Positions 1-15,200 of a stretch of 64,000 nt of DNA are shown here, in pieces. Position 1 is the first letter of the stretch; each line of letters starts with the position of its first letter. The stretch is from NCBI RefSeq assembly GCF_964204645.1, contig NC_134026.1:20928150-20992149 (forward strand), in the 5' to 3' direction. Origin of the DNA: Tubulanus polymorphus (lineage: Eukaryota; Animalia; Nemertea). The position numbers and the translations under genes were made by a program. The notes under the pieces were generated by a model, which saw only the letters and a list, made by a program, of their open reading frames with translations, did no database searches and was not told the origin of the DNA.

Positions 1-2244
1 GTGGGAAAACTTTTTTTCCACCTACGAATGAGTACTGATGACCCCAAGATGGCTGCCAAGTGCGTCATAATTGCCTGGTCAAAAATACCCTCTCGGATAT
101 AAAAGATCCCTTTCCAAAGAATACCCATTACAAATTGCAATGAAACATGGCGCACCATTAGAAAGCTACAGTACTCAGAATTCAGGCCAAAATTGACATT
201 TTTGGGAACAAAAAAGGTCACAGTACGGCCATCTTGAGTCCGATCGACTCAATTTTTCTCATGCCGATGGGCCCTCGGGGGATACAAATATATACGAATG
301 ATCAAGGTTATTGATAAAAGTGTCTTCAAAATTTCCCTCGAAAACTTCAAAAATGTGTAAAAAGTGCTGATTTTGGCGAACAACAATGGCTGCCAGTCGG
401 CCATCTTGAATCTGACAGGGCCAGTTTTTGGCCTGAAGATGTGTCTAGGGTAGATACACGTATAAAACAAATATCAAGACATTACCTTGAAGCGTCTTCA
501 AAACTTTGGAACTAACACGAACTATCTAGATGGTTATCTCTCGACCTCAATAGCTTCAAGACCCATCTCAAAACAACTTTGTTCCATGCAGCATACCATT
601 AACTCTCGGAAAGCGAATTGTATTTAACATTTTTTGGCAGAATAAAATTTGATTGAATTTGCAATTCGGGCACATGGCTAATTAGCATATCAAGGTCATA
701 CACCCGATTTGGTAAAACCTTTTTTTCGCGAACCTTGCGCAATTGTCAAGGATGAATTTTCTGTAGAGCAAATAAAAATTCCTCCCAAACACCAAATCAA
801 CTAAAGATTTCATAGAAATCGATCTTGAAATACAATTTTAAATCTTAAAATAAAACCCGGAAGTAAAACAGTAGACAATACCGCGGATTCACGTGAACAC
901 CTGATTTCTGTAAACGAAATGTTGGTTGTGACAAAATTGTTCAGACGGTTTTAGGTGGTAATAAGTACGGAAACGTAACGACCATGGTCGACTTATTCGA
1001 TGAAATCAGGCCTATGTGATATCCAAATTTTGACTTTTTTATTCTCCAGACCTCCCTGATATAGAAATAAAAAATTTTGGTGGTACGAAAGTGCAATCAC
1101 AGCGCCGACGGGGACAGAGCCGTGTCAGAGATCGGCGGAGTGAAAATTGAGGTGGACGAACACGAAGAAGTAGGCTATTGCGCTACTTGAATCACGAAAA
1201 CTCCTGGCGCGGCCCCGACGCTTTTCGTTGATTAAGTAATACAAATATCATGCAATGGGTTTTCACAATCTACCGCTGGTATTTACCGGATTTCAATATC
1301 ACTCCAAAATTCAAAGAAACCTCGAAATATCGAACCGGAACACTTCCGGTAGATATCCGTGGCTGCCCAACCGGGAAACTTATTTGTTTCAATAGATATT
1401 GATAGGATCCATCATCTTCACCCGTCAAGGGATTCGAACCCACTAAGCTAAAGCCATGCCAGAATCGGGTCGGGCCAATCACAGCGCTTGTAACAAACCA
1501 CATTAGGCTTCTGTGGAATTTCCCAGTAAATGGGCCAATCAGCGAACACGTAGCGAACGCGGAAGTATTGTCGCGTGTTGATACATGACGTCATGCGCAA
1601 AAGCGCCAGTAATGAAATCGCGATAATTCACGTGAACAGCTGCTGATATTTTCAGATAAACCAATCACAGGGAAGACACAACTTCCTGATTGGCTGATAA
1701 AAATTGAAATTTTCCCGATTTAACTTTCGTGAAAAATGCAGAAAACATTTTTATGAGACCCTATTTCAAAATTCTGCTCGCTACGATTCCGAGAATGGAT
1801 TACGCTTAAATACGTGATTTGTTCGAATATGCCCTCACTTGGCAAGCAAAAGAGCCTTTTGTGTGGAAACCATGTCATTTAAATTCGCTCCATTTGTATA
1901 GTAATAGGCTCAGCCTACGGCTGGCCTAAAAATGAATTTGCATATCTCAGTCTTAGTGAGACCAGCACACTCTGTGAAGTATGTAGGGAATGTTAACAAC
2001 AAACACCGATGTAACATCAATATCCATTTTGATGATAAGGGCCCAGTTTCACAAAAGAAATTAACTCATATCTATTTAGCTTCTTCATTCAGCAAATTTA
2101 GGAGTTAATCCTTATTGTGAAACTAGGCCCAAGGCCACTATTATAGGCAATTTCAAGCCATATTGGACACTACAGGACAAAATGTGACACTTGAATTACC
2201 GAAGGTCCTGAACCGATACCCGAGAATATACCGTAATCACTTAC

Positions 2245-3177
2245 TGCTTCGGCAAGAACGTTGGCGACGCCGTCTATTTCCACCACTTCCAGTCGACTCC
2301 TGTCCTCGATTTGATTGTTCAATGCGTTGTACAGCGTAAAGACCGTGTGATTATGGGATGAATTCGCGCCGGTCATCAGCAAAATACGACACCTATAATA
2401 AACGAATTAAACATACGAGGTCAATAATTAGAATCAATCGTTCAGTCTATCGTCAGTGCTCAATTAAAAAACCAATGTCACTATTATGGATATATAATAT
2501 TATATTACGGATATATCAACATGTACGATGACAGTGTTTGCAGGGCTGCCAAACTCTGAATGAAAAGTGCTATCCCCTCGGTAACATCATTCACATTTCT
2601 CTACGCATTGAACATCAAATCGGTATTTCACGCGACAAAATACCAGCGGTGGCGAAATACAGAAAATCAGGAACAGTGGTAAGCTTAGAGTTCAGGCTGT
2701 CAACGCGGAGAAGGGAGTAAGAAAACGTTCAAATCGACCAGGTACTCAAGCGAAATAAGGGAACCCTCGGTATTTCATCAGTAGACATCAAACATACTGG
2801 AGTACCCTTCAAACCAAACTGTTGGCAGCTCTGTTTTTTTTTCTATATATAAATATATATATACTACGTCACGCTAAGCACTGTTATTCATGTATTCATA
2901 GCAGGTACTACGCAAGATGAATATATCATCGAATTTCGAAAAAGTACTAAGCAACGATCTATATACGTACGAATTCCGCAGTACCCTACTGCCGCGTTTT
3001 TCTCCCGATTCTCATACTTACTTCAAATCACCGGCGCGATTAACAAGCGGGGTACGACTGTAAATAGAATTTTTTAAAAACGTGTATAATTAATAGCATG
3101 AATAGATGATGATCACATGTAAAAAAGCTATTCGATGATTAAATGGATGAATACAGGAGAGTTCCCACCACTAATAC

Positions 3178-3258
<81 letters not shown>

Positions 3259-6200
3259 ATACATAATCAATCCAGACAGGATGACACAGATATATGGACA
3301 CGCAACTGGTCGTGTAATGTTATTTTGTGGCTATAAGGAAGGAAATAGCTGACAATGTGCATTAACTCATTAGTCACCACAGCATATAACGTATACAGAT
3401 GACATTTTTGTAGAAAATCTGAACGAAAAGCGGACAAAATAAAATACAGAATCCAGTTCCGCAGTTTCGAGTTAAGATTTAACTGAATGTAAACATTGAG
3501 AATAGACTAATTCTAACTGAAAAGTTAGCTCTAACTCACAACTGGGGAACCGGGTCCAGGGCGACATATACTTTGAAAACTCAACACTGAAGTGAGAATG
3601 GTTGGATTTTAGTCGGTTTTCGTCTCCAAAATAGCTCAAAACAATTTGCATTGTTTAACACTCCTCATTAATAGAATTATCAACATCGTCTAATCAATGA
3701 GTTTGCTTCCCTTGAGCTAAAAGTAACGTTATTTACCGTTATATAAAAGGCCTAAGGCGGCAGATTGGGGAAAAAATTATTGCAAGTAAAAAGTCAAAAA
3801 GTAATTGAAAGTTTGAAAGGCTGTAGGAAAATAAGCTCAAAATCACACAAACCACCTCTTTTCGTATCAATCTTATTAAAAAAAAATCATCGCCACCGAT
3901 CGGAGCTTTGCGCGATCTGAATAAGCCCGTCATTCACAGCGTAATTATTGATGCTGCCGGCTAATTAACAACTTCAGGACAAACGTGTCGTATGACGATG
4001 GTTCGTTAAAGATTGAGTGAAAACCACCCCTCCTCCCGCGACGTGTGCCACCGGCGCAATTAAACACCTACTACTAATTAATGAGCTGCGACAACGCGTT
4101 ACACAATAATGGCGCCCAACATCGGCAGAGAGATATCACAACGCCATACTCAATACGAAACTATCGGACCTAATTGGAGTGAAATTACAAGTCACATTGG
4201 TCAAAATGTATCGGCAGCTACTGTTAGCGCCAACATCAGGATGTCATGACTTGTTTGAACTCATATATTAGTGTCTACACACTTTACTTAGAAAAGGTGC
4301 TATATGCTTTACGGAATTTTAAGATTTCCGTCATTCGAACTAACCGTTGTCAAAAAAATGGACTCGCAGAAAAAATGATATCGCAGAACAGACAAGATAA
4401 CATCAGGACCAGCGCTGTAGGTTCATAGTAAACACAGGTCTTGGTAATCCAAATTGATGACCAAATATTATCACGTGAACATGGTTGCCGTGCAGATGGA
4501 TTCTAGACCAGTCCTTAATTGCGTAGGCACACCAGTTAGTTAACATGAGGTTACAACTATCAGGAGATACCATATCGCGTATTGATAAGATGGCTGAATG
4601 GCTATAGAGCTAAAGCCTTTTTTACCCTAAACCTAAGACCCTTAATTCTTCATTCAAGATCATTGATCCTTGAAGATACAACTATTACGCGAGAGTGGCC
4701 AATTTGCCCCCTTAGACCAATTCAATGAGTTTTTCCAAGATTTGTCCACATTAAACACATGTCAACAGGTTAATGGAGAAATGTTTCAATCTTTCAATTT
4801 TTCTCTGATAAAAGAAATGCCTGATTAATAGAAAACCAAATTCTTCTTTTTTCTTGATTTTTGAGGGGAGTTTTTAAGGTTTTCCAGGTTGGCCTTGTCA
4901 TCGGCCATCCTGCAATGGGAATCATCTCCATATATCATGTGCACTTACTATAGGAATGTCTCGACGTAGAATCTAAGGTTCTTCGGATTAATTTTTGTCT
5001 TCAAGTCCTGTTTGAACACTTCGATGACAGCCGTAACAGAGTCCTTATGGTCGGGATTGGGATCCTGAAATTTTTGGAAAAAAAAAGCTTTTGATGAGAT
5101 AAACGTAGAAAATAGACAAATCGAAAAAACCTTTCAATGCACCATAAAAAAAACTTTGTTTTATCATCAAATTCATTAAGAAAAAAAAAACATGTATTGT
5201 TAGTCTTATAAATTCAATGCAGTTATTAGTACTGCTGGATATCGACAAATTTGAATTCTGAATTTTCTCGTTTGATGGTGTCAGTCAGAACCGGATAAAC
5301 GAACCTAAGTCCGACCACATTTAAGTTCATTAGCAATAAAAAATCTCTTGCTGAATTGGAGTTTTTTTGGGTAATATTAAGAAATCTATATGTAGCCATT
5401 GAAATAAGGGTTTATCATACCGTAAGGCATCATAAGGACATCATATTTAAAAGATTACACGTGTATAGCAAGTAAAATAACCCTTACTTAAAGCTAGAGA
5501 TTTTTATTGCAAATAAACTAAAACGTGGTGGCTGTAGGTTCCAATTTCCAGTTCCAACTGGCGCCATCAAATGGGAAATTCCAGAACTTGAATTCGTCGA
5601 TATCCCGCACGCAAACCGGAGAAAACATAAGTCACAAATACGTCTCCAGTGCAACATTTCCAACGGAACGTTATCAAACAGAAATGCATCGTCAAGTTCG
5701 CGTCGATTTAACGTGACATTTAACATACTATATTCGAAGAATGTATTGATTCGTGTTATCGCATTTATGATATCATATTACGGCTATTATTTTGTTGACA
5801 ATTTAAGGAAATTTATCGCAGACAGTAGGCACAGTACCGCGGGGCAGTCGTTCGTCGACGCGTGGAACATTTTTAAATTCGAAATCGATAACGACTCATA
5901 CGGGAATTCAAGCGTTCTTTTTTTTTAAAGAACTAGGCCTTTTTTCAAAATAACTTGGAGTACGGATCTGCTTAGCCAACTATCCATAATGGTAAGAACA
6001 GGCCACAATTTACCATCATGGCAGATTAATCAGTGCAAGAATAATTACGTAATAATAATAATAAAGAGAATAACGATAGGGTTTTCTGCTGAATAGTCAG
6101 AAAACTTAAAGTTTCTGAATGTTTTTTCCTGTTCCCTTCCACGCCTGAAGTGCACTTTACCTTGACATTTATCTTTCTTTAAAAAATCTGTACTCCAAGT

Positions 6201-9200
6201 AATTGAAAAAATGCCAATGCGTATGAGTATGAGTAAACAGTATGAGTGGACGTTGTGACAGAGGAACGTATATGTACATACATTTCAATATTAAAAACTA
6301 TGGCTAATACGTTACATATCCGCCGGTGCCCTGGAGGCCAGGTATAACAGACCATTCTCTAGCGTAACATGTGCAACTTGCCAAGTACAATCCGTTGACA
6401 GGTCATGTCTCATGCGCATAGATATACTATAACCAGAGAGAATATTCGTATTCCGTCACGGCGAACATACGGCCGCCCCCCCCCCCCCCCCCCCCCGCTT
6501 AATCACATCGAAAATATATTGACAGTCGATAAACCTTGGAATTGGTGAGTTATTACTGAAATGATGGATGATGATGTCTAAGCCGAGGGGATAGAGCTAC
6601 CCGGTATATATGTATATATACAGTTAGAATTCCATCACAGGAACGCATATTGTCATCCACGCACCAATGTCCACCAGAGGCCGGCTTCGTAGACATTAGT
6701 CGTTAACCTCTTTATAAACAATGAGTTGAAAATTATCGAAGGTTCTATAACTTAACCCTGATCATGGATGTATAAACTAGGGTTTACAGAGTTTGTTCTA
6801 GTATCCGCATGAAAACTAGGGTTTGCTGAGTTTGCTCTATATCCACGTATAAACTAGAGTTTGCCCTTGTCTATACGTCCATGCCCCCACATCGCAGAAA
6901 CTTCATCCAGAGATTGATTTCGAAATCGATTTAAGAATGAATTAAGGGTTTAAACCAATTCAAGAGGTGACTTTTGATGGTCTTCTCAATCAGCTAAATC
7001 CAGCCAGGTGGTTAGGGGTATATATGGCATCCACTTGGGTGTAGTATTAATGTGGTATGGCGCGAGTGCGTAGAGCTAACGGATGTGTCATTTTTTCTAT
7101 CTAAAATTCGAGATATCTTAATGTTAATACGAGAGAGAGACCAACGACCACGACGGCGACACTTTCCTTTTCGGTCGATAAATCAACAGTCATCAATAGG
7201 ACATTACTATCAGCTTGAACCCACCAGTCATAAACTTACATTTATCTAGTACTACATGATTAAAGGCCGAGGAGCAGTATAAAAGCCCAATCAATGTCAA
7301 AGATGGCAGTACCCATGAAGCAATAGTGCAGTGGAGAGCTCCAACGGTTGAAACTGGAAATCTCCTATTTTCTCTGTCAGTTATCCGATTTGGACCCTCC
7401 TTTTTGTCAGACATATGTATTAATGTGTAATATATTCATTTCTGCAGTCAAAAATGTGTTTTAGGCCCTCCTCCACGAGAAATTAAGCTTTTTAGTTGGT
7501 ATTTCCTTCAAAATTTGAATCTTTGAATGACATAGAGGGAGGAGTTATCCAGTGAATTAGTGTAGCTCGGAGAGCACATTAACAGTAATTTGATACCTAT
7601 AGTCATCAGTATACATAAACAAAACATAGCCTCATTCATAGTACCAAAATTTGGCAACATCAAAACTTTTTCTATGGTCAATGGATCAGTCTGAAATTTC
7701 GTACACTTGTTTAGCTATCAACCATCAATGTTGTGTCCAAATTTCATGGAAATCGGATAAAAATTAATGATTTTCAAAAAATTTGAAATGTCTCTAAAAT
7801 CTTAAATCTTGGCCCTATCTCTACAAAAAAAGATCGCTTGCATCAGATTTTCATTCCCACTATGACTAGATTACTTAAAATTAGTTTAGAACTTGATATG
7901 AAAACTTTTATGAATTTGTCAAATTTAACTGTGTGTGACCTGCTTTTCTGTTATGAGCCAACCTCGCTCACTCTAAACATTATAAACAAGATACTGTAGT
8001 TAGTGGGACGGCCGATCTCAAGTGTTTGCCACCCGGTTAACTAGCATCCATACTCCTCGGCCTTTAAGGCATTTCACACACATGTGTATATGTGTGTATA
8101 AGAGACAAACATAATGACACAGATGCCTACGTATCTACTAAACATTCATGCATCTATAAAATACACAGAAACAACATAGAAAAAGCCAGTCAGTGATTTC
8201 TATTGAGAGTCTCTAACGGCTAAAGCGAAGAAAAAAATGCGTTCACGTCATGCGAGCGATTGTTTGGATCGGCGAGGCTGGTGTGTACGTGATTACCCCG
8301 CGTGAGCCAGTTGACTGCACGCACGTCGGTAAAGGTTACGGGTCACGCGTTTATATGTTTTTTTCTGGTCCCGTCGATACAGACGCCAGACGGAATCAGA
8401 AATCAATCGAGTAACTGTCTTCACACTGCCGCCGCCGCTGCTGCTGCTGCTGTCTCGTCCAGCCCTGCATCGTCAATATCTTACCAAATATAGCCATGTT
8501 TCGGATGAAAAGTGATTCATATCTCCTTTTCTTTACACTTTAGTCAAATTCCTTTTTTTCTATGCCAAACATTCGCGATATCGAAGTGGCCAATCTTTTA
8601 CGCATTTTTGAAACATCCAATAGATGCCCTGTCAATAATTCGATATACCCTTCGAAATTCCTACACGAGAAGCAGCATTGCGTAGTATATTAACCCTTAA
8701 ACTGCCAGTTTCTTTTTCAAATGTTGGAGATCATTATCGATCTTCACCGACGTTTGCCAAAGCGTCCATATTCGATGAACCGGTTGACAGGCTTGAATCC
8801 CTGTCCCAGAGAACTCGGTCCATCCCAAGTCCAATCTAAAACACCGAATCAAAGATCTGTATTCAATTGCGATCTCTTTGATCGAGACGTTTTGAGGCTG
8901 TTTCACAATCGGCTGTTACTGCCCGATTGGGCACTGACGCAATCGCGATAAAAGAGTTAACATATTTCGAATGCTTAATTCTTAATCAAACTGAAACCTG
9001 GAAAAAATTCCAATGTTAAGATGATAATCAAAACGAAACATCCTAATAGATGAATTGTAATAATAAGACACCAGATAGATGCGTTAGTAACTATCTACAG
9101 CCAGACTATCAACCCATTTGTTTCCTAATTAACGACTACATAAATGTGACAAGCCCCTTACTTAAATAAAATCCAGCTAAATTAAATAGGCAATACAATG

Positions 9201-12200
9201 AGATAGCTCAGGGATAATTATACACCCGGGTAACATCAGTTCCCAGGTGTACCGTATGTGAGCGTGAACCAACTGTCGCCAGTAAATAAATCTTGAATCA
9301 GGCAAGTGTGGTCATCACGATAACGGATACTTTGAACATCACAATCATAACTAGCATGATCACAATCGTGCGTGTGATCGTGATCAATAAGATCAGAACG
9401 CCACGATTGTGCATGCAAGCTCAATACTGACGATCGTGTGGTTTACCATGAACGTCAGATCATAATCATGACATTGTGATCACAATCATCATAAGATCGT
9501 AATCACGACACCCTGATCACCAAAAGACCATCAGATCATAATAATGATGCTACAATCACCATGGTTGCAATCGGAATACTGCAATTACCATAGTCATCGG
9601 ATCACAGTCAGGACACGGTGATCAATGTGATCATCAGATCATAATCAGGATTCTGCGATCACCATAATCATCAGATCACAACCAGGACATGGTGATCACT
9701 GTGACCATCAGATCAGAATCAGGTAACTGTGATCGCCATGATCGTCAGGCCACAATTCTGACATTGCGATCAAAAGCATAAATCGAGATCACAATGACGA
9801 GATAACGACGACAAGAACAATCGCAAAATCATGAACATGTGACCATGATCATGGTGACGACAGTGCGATTGTCATGACATGCACACGATATCAAAAAGTT
9901 TGTGCGCTTCACTGAACATAACTTCAATAATACAAGAACACATTGTAAAATCGAAGTTTGGAATTGGGGAGGTGATGAACATTAGGGGAGTTACTGACTC
10001 ATGCACCACTACCATCCACACACCTATTGCGAACTCATACATTTTCTCTATGAAAAACCAACTCAACATTTCTTTACGTCACTCGATGGTTGATAAAAAG
10101 TCTGAGACAACATTTTTTTAAAAACGATTTCGATTTCAACCTATCCATTCAAAATAGAAATCAGAAATGGTCTGCTGAACGTGACAAACCCGGTTGGTCG
10201 AAAGAAATGTTGAGCATTCATGATGAGACATTTTGCACTATATTCATGATTCATTGGGTTTTACCATCTCGGTACAAAATATGCCAGAAGGTATCTGAAG
10301 TGAAATCATGTACAAATATATAGGTAAAATAATCGTTATGTTGATAATATACGAATGTATTTAAAAAAAAACTCGGTCATTGCACAAAATGCCCGGAAAA
10401 CAGGATTCGAGCTTTGGAATGGGGAATTATCGGGAAAAGGCATGTGGCTTAACGGTTGACAATACCGAATCATAATCGGGAACAGTAGTAAAAACATTAT
10501 ATCAAAATCGACAATTTGATAATATACGATAATTGGGCCAGTTGCTCAAAAGTTGGTTAGAGTTAACCGGTTGATAGTCGACATGGAGACCATTAAAGCT
10601 CATTATTACTATGGTATTTATCCGTTGGTAATCTCTAACCAACTTTTGAGCAACTGGCTCCCGGTATTTCAGCGAGAAGAAAACGTTTTGAAATCAATCG
10701 ACAGCTTACAACCGCTTAACGAACATTGCAAATTCATTAATGATCATTAAACCTTAAATAGATGGCACTGGTAATCGACACGCAAAAACTCAAAAGGCAT
10801 TGAGAGCGAGATGCAATATTAGAATTTACCAGGATTGCGAACGGATTCGCGGTTTCGCATCACTAAAGCGTACTCGTCGATAAGTTAGTAGTGAAAGTAA
10901 CAATAAACAGAACGTCGCGGGTTTCGGGTTTGTTCCAAAAACGAACAAGGGCGGACACGAAAAAACTGCTGAGAAACAATTAATGAACAAACAGCTCAGC
11001 GCAAACGCGGGTCGATTAGTTTCAACGATGCTTACCTTTCCTTGATTAACAAGTCTTATTTCACTTTTCTAAAAATTATTGAGTATTTTTTCATACAGTT
11101 GTTTATTTTGTGTACGCGTACTTCACCGAGGCTAAGGCTACAGGCCCTAGTGGAGTTAGGCTATGATTATTACATAGCTTGACCAAAAGACTTAAAGGTA
11201 CGTTAGTAATGGTTTCAACATCTCAGTTTTAAAAGAAAGTCTTCGTGAGCTATAAGGGAGTGGTTAAAGTTCACACAAAATATGGCTCGGATTCTTCAGG
11301 GTAGCCACTAGCGTCTGGCTTTTCATGGTAACTGATGTGACGTGTCATCTAGCTATCTCATCAAATTTCCCCAATATTCAGGGGGCAGTTGCTCAAAAGT
11401 TGGTCAAAGATAACCAGCCCATAAATACCGTAGTAACAATGAACTTTTTACAGTCAGTAAGTCACCTATCCACTGGTTAACTCTGGTTAACTCCAACTTC
11501 TGAGCAACTGGCCCTAGCTTTTTTCGCTGACTTTTTTAAAAGATAGGAAATCTCTCCCCCGACTTTTCCGCGATTTCCCTGATTTCCACGTTTGCCACCC
11601 TGGTCCTATGACGGCCGCGACACGATAGATTTCATCATCCATTTTTGCGCAGTAACCAAAGTACGAGAGCCCGCGTACAAAGAATGTCGCTATCATCTAC
11701 GGAAATGCGGGAAATTGGATGAACCACGCCTCGCGCCGAGAAAATCCCGACGTACACACGACGACAACGATCTTAATTTCCGATATAAATGATTTTCAAA
11801 ACGTTAATCCAAACAGTGCGATAATTGCGTCTACTCTAGTTGCCACGGTAACACAGTGACACGATATACGATAAGTACAAACAATGGAGGAGAACTTATC
11901 AAACATTTCCGTCCTCACATGAACGGAGCGGGGCGCGGGAAAGAGCGCATGCGCTCGCGCGGTGATCGCGGCGCGCAAATGAACGAAAAGATGAGGGTTT
12001 TTTCACTATCGCCGCAAAAATGGAATTAATCGCGACGCCGTTCGGCGAACCGCGTACACCACCTTTAAATCAAGATGGCTGCCATTGCCGTATTCATCGA
12101 TGACATGGCCATTACGCGACAAACAGGGTGGCAACTTTTATTTGACTCGCTTTTTCCCTGATCTACGTTGTTTTCCCCGACTTGATCTGCTTAGAATTCA

Positions 12201-15200
12201 ATCAATCATCACAGTCAAATACGTAGGACATTAAGTGAAACCATTTAATTTTAAGTGCCATCTAGCAATCTCAATATATTTCCGTGACTATCAGCTAATT
12301 TTTAAAAATTCCCCGACTATTCCCTGACTTTTCGCAATATAAGTGGCCACCCTGATGAAAGTATCCAGCCCATACCTGGGTTCCCATTACAGGATTAAAT
12401 CATCCATATGACCGTGAAATGACTATAAAAAATTTGGACGTAGAAAGTAAAAAGGTTTCAATTTTCAGTCAGCGTTGAGTTCGAACGATATCCAAAAGCC
12501 AAACATAACTTCGTTGCTAACGGAAATATTGGTACGCAGTCTTTCACCACCTCAATTCAGATTCTAATCCAAGTTCTAAATGTATCCAACGTATTCCAGA
12601 TTTTACTCGTATAACATTTCGAACAGTTTAATGTAGCAGTTTTTATCGTCGCGCTTTTAAGCCCGAAACATCGTTTCGAAGACCCCATCAATCCGAAGGA
12701 AACTAGCCATCGCTGACCTTAACTACGCAGATTGGCCAAAATACTTTGTCGGTTGCAAACCTTTCAACAATCAAGTACACGCACAAGAGGAAGAAGGTGA
12801 GGAACTCCTCTATAAAAGTGGTCTACATATTGACGCATCATGCGCTTTAAAGGAGTCATCGAGAAACACTAAAAGCCAACCGTACACTGAAGTAGAACTG
12901 GCATTGCCAAAACACATATACTTTAATCTGGTGGTCCATTCTGCACAGAAATGGTAAACAGGCTGGTTGCTCAAAAGTTGGTTAGGGTTAACTGGTGGAC
13001 AAATACCATCGCAACAATGCAAATTCAATTGTCACCATGGTATTCATCCACTGGTTAACCCTAACCAATAAATGAGCAACTAATCCCAAATAGCTAAATA
13101 TTCTGAATATCCAGGGCACGGTTTTATAGACTAGTATTAACTTTAACCTGGAGGCTAACTAAAATTCATTTTCAAGTTAGTTAACCCCCCGGTTAAAGGT
13201 AATACCAGTCTATAAAACCGGGGCCCAGGGTTTTGCTATGTGCAATGACTACTATGCCCAAAATTTCTAGAGGCGCACGTTTTTGGCGTCAACAGTTCCG
13301 ACGTGTGTACGGCCAACTTTTTAAAAAAACTGAAAGCACATGTACGATAAGATGAATTTCAAAAGAGAAAAAAGAAATCATTCAGATAGATTCTAAAAAA
13401 AGAAAACAACAAACAAAATTCAGACAAGACCAGCTGCAGTTGGTCGACATCCTGCTAAGAAAATTCAGAGTGAATTGGATTTTGAGTACGGAAAACAAAA
13501 AGAAAATCGTGACTTGTTGCAACATAATATCAATGATAACTGATATAGGAGAGGAGATACATTTTTACATTACCGGGTTTTCCTTAATAAAGACATGAAA
13601 AAAGATTCAAGTACCATTTATAACAGCCACTTTAAGTCACCGAGCTTAAAATCAGTACAGTGTTCAATTAATACACAAGCAAAATATGTACGAAAAATCA
13701 GCATCAGTCTCTGATGCCATTAAAAGTTTATAGCCAGACTTAAACTCGAGGCAAGAATTTCCGTCCCGCTTGGGAGATCGCACAAATGGCGCATCGCTTT
13801 CCCGAGTCGAACGCCCGATTCCGAATCCTGTGGATTTCCTCGTCTATTACCGCCGCCAAGATTTCTAGGAATATCTAAATGTGTTAAGTCGGTCATTTTC
13901 TCCGTGGTATAATTCGATTTATTAGATTGTTCCAATGAGGGTGCAATTACTGATATCAGCCTCTGCATGTACAACTTCACGCAGATCTATAAGTTTTTTG
14001 CTAAAATTCAGTTTGATTGAGACTGTCCATCTGCTGCGATGGTGTGACACGGGCGCACAACTACCGCCCCTCAACTCAAAGAGATATTACATTGACCTCA
14101 ACTTTGGGGGCGCTTCCAGACAACCGTTGGTGGAACATTCTCTGAATCAGATACAGACATGACGGGGTGGATCCAGATCCTATCACTCATGCGGACCTGT
14201 TTACCCAGGTAGTTCCCACTGTGGTAGATTTCACCACAATTTGACATTGAAAATAAATAGTTCGATTGAAAATCATAAAAATCATGCCGATTTCGTGAGT
14301 ATTTTGATAATTCTGGGAGCAGTCGAGCTCTTTAAAGACTAGTAACCATTCTGTCAAATAGTAATGGTAGTTAGGTCTGCTCATGTTTTGTATCTGATTC
14401 CAGCAGGGCGCACCGACCTTTGAAAAGCGCTTTCGATAACAAAGCGAATATCTTTTCAATAACAGGTAATCGAAATATGAAAGGAAATGTTCGAATTAAT
14501 CAATAATCAACAGTTTTCGTCAGTAACATCTTTCATACCCACCAAACAAATCGAATCAGTATTTCTCGTCATAAAATAGTAACGACAACGGTTTAGCAGC
14601 TCAGTTCTAGATTGTTTATTCAGATTCTGACTGGCAGGTACTATACTACGCGATAGATCACGGGTTACTGATTTTGCCACCGGTATCTAACGACGTCAGA
14701 TCGATTTCGACCTGCGCTGCGGCGGCATTTATCGGTATCTATATATAAGGCTGACTCCGCCGATGAAAGATCGTATAATACGTGCGCGCGCCGCGCTGAA
14801 ACCGAGCACCCATTCATCAGTGCCATTTCCAAGGTCAGTATACTGTTGTGGAAATATCGAACGCAACTGTATCGAGAGCTGTTTACGACGATGACTGATG
14901 CGCGTGAGATGTTATATTCTTATTATCGCCGTAGGGCTAGGCACAGTTGAATATCGAATTTTGGTGAAAAATGCAACCGATCCGATCGACGAAAATACAC
15001 GTATAATCGATAATCGTCGCGAGTCAGCTGCGCGTGCGCCGATGATTCTCATCGTTATCGATGATCGCTCGGTGCGATAAAAATGATTTTCACGTCGATT
15101 CGATCAATGAAAATACGACTCGTAAATACACGCGGTCTTCGAACATGCAGTCAAGGGAAATCGATAGTTACAAGGAAAAGCCAGCGCAACCAATTCCAGG

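Noticed and set aside
2170-2244. C-terminal extension VSDYGIFSG...HFVL of the listed 70-aa ORF
   Set aside because: A GTAAGT donor at 2244 ends the exon; the extension is intron read-through.
3143-3352. YI-repeat ORF
   Set aside because: Translation of the (TA)n microsatellite.
6476-6496. C21 homopolymer as a functional G-quadruplex
   Set aside because: Simple homopolymer with no supporting context; such runs are common and their assembled length is unreliable.
7193-7414. 73-aa minus ORF / exon-like segment 7240-7353 with splice-like ends
   Set aside because: Overlaps the left end of the Kolobok-like element and is open only in phase 1, which does not fit the phase-0 host intron.
9236-9424. 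His/Asp-rich ORF suggesting a metal-binding protein
   Set aside because: By-product of the GATC-rich minisatellite; the unit is not a multiple of 3 and the frames are soon closed.
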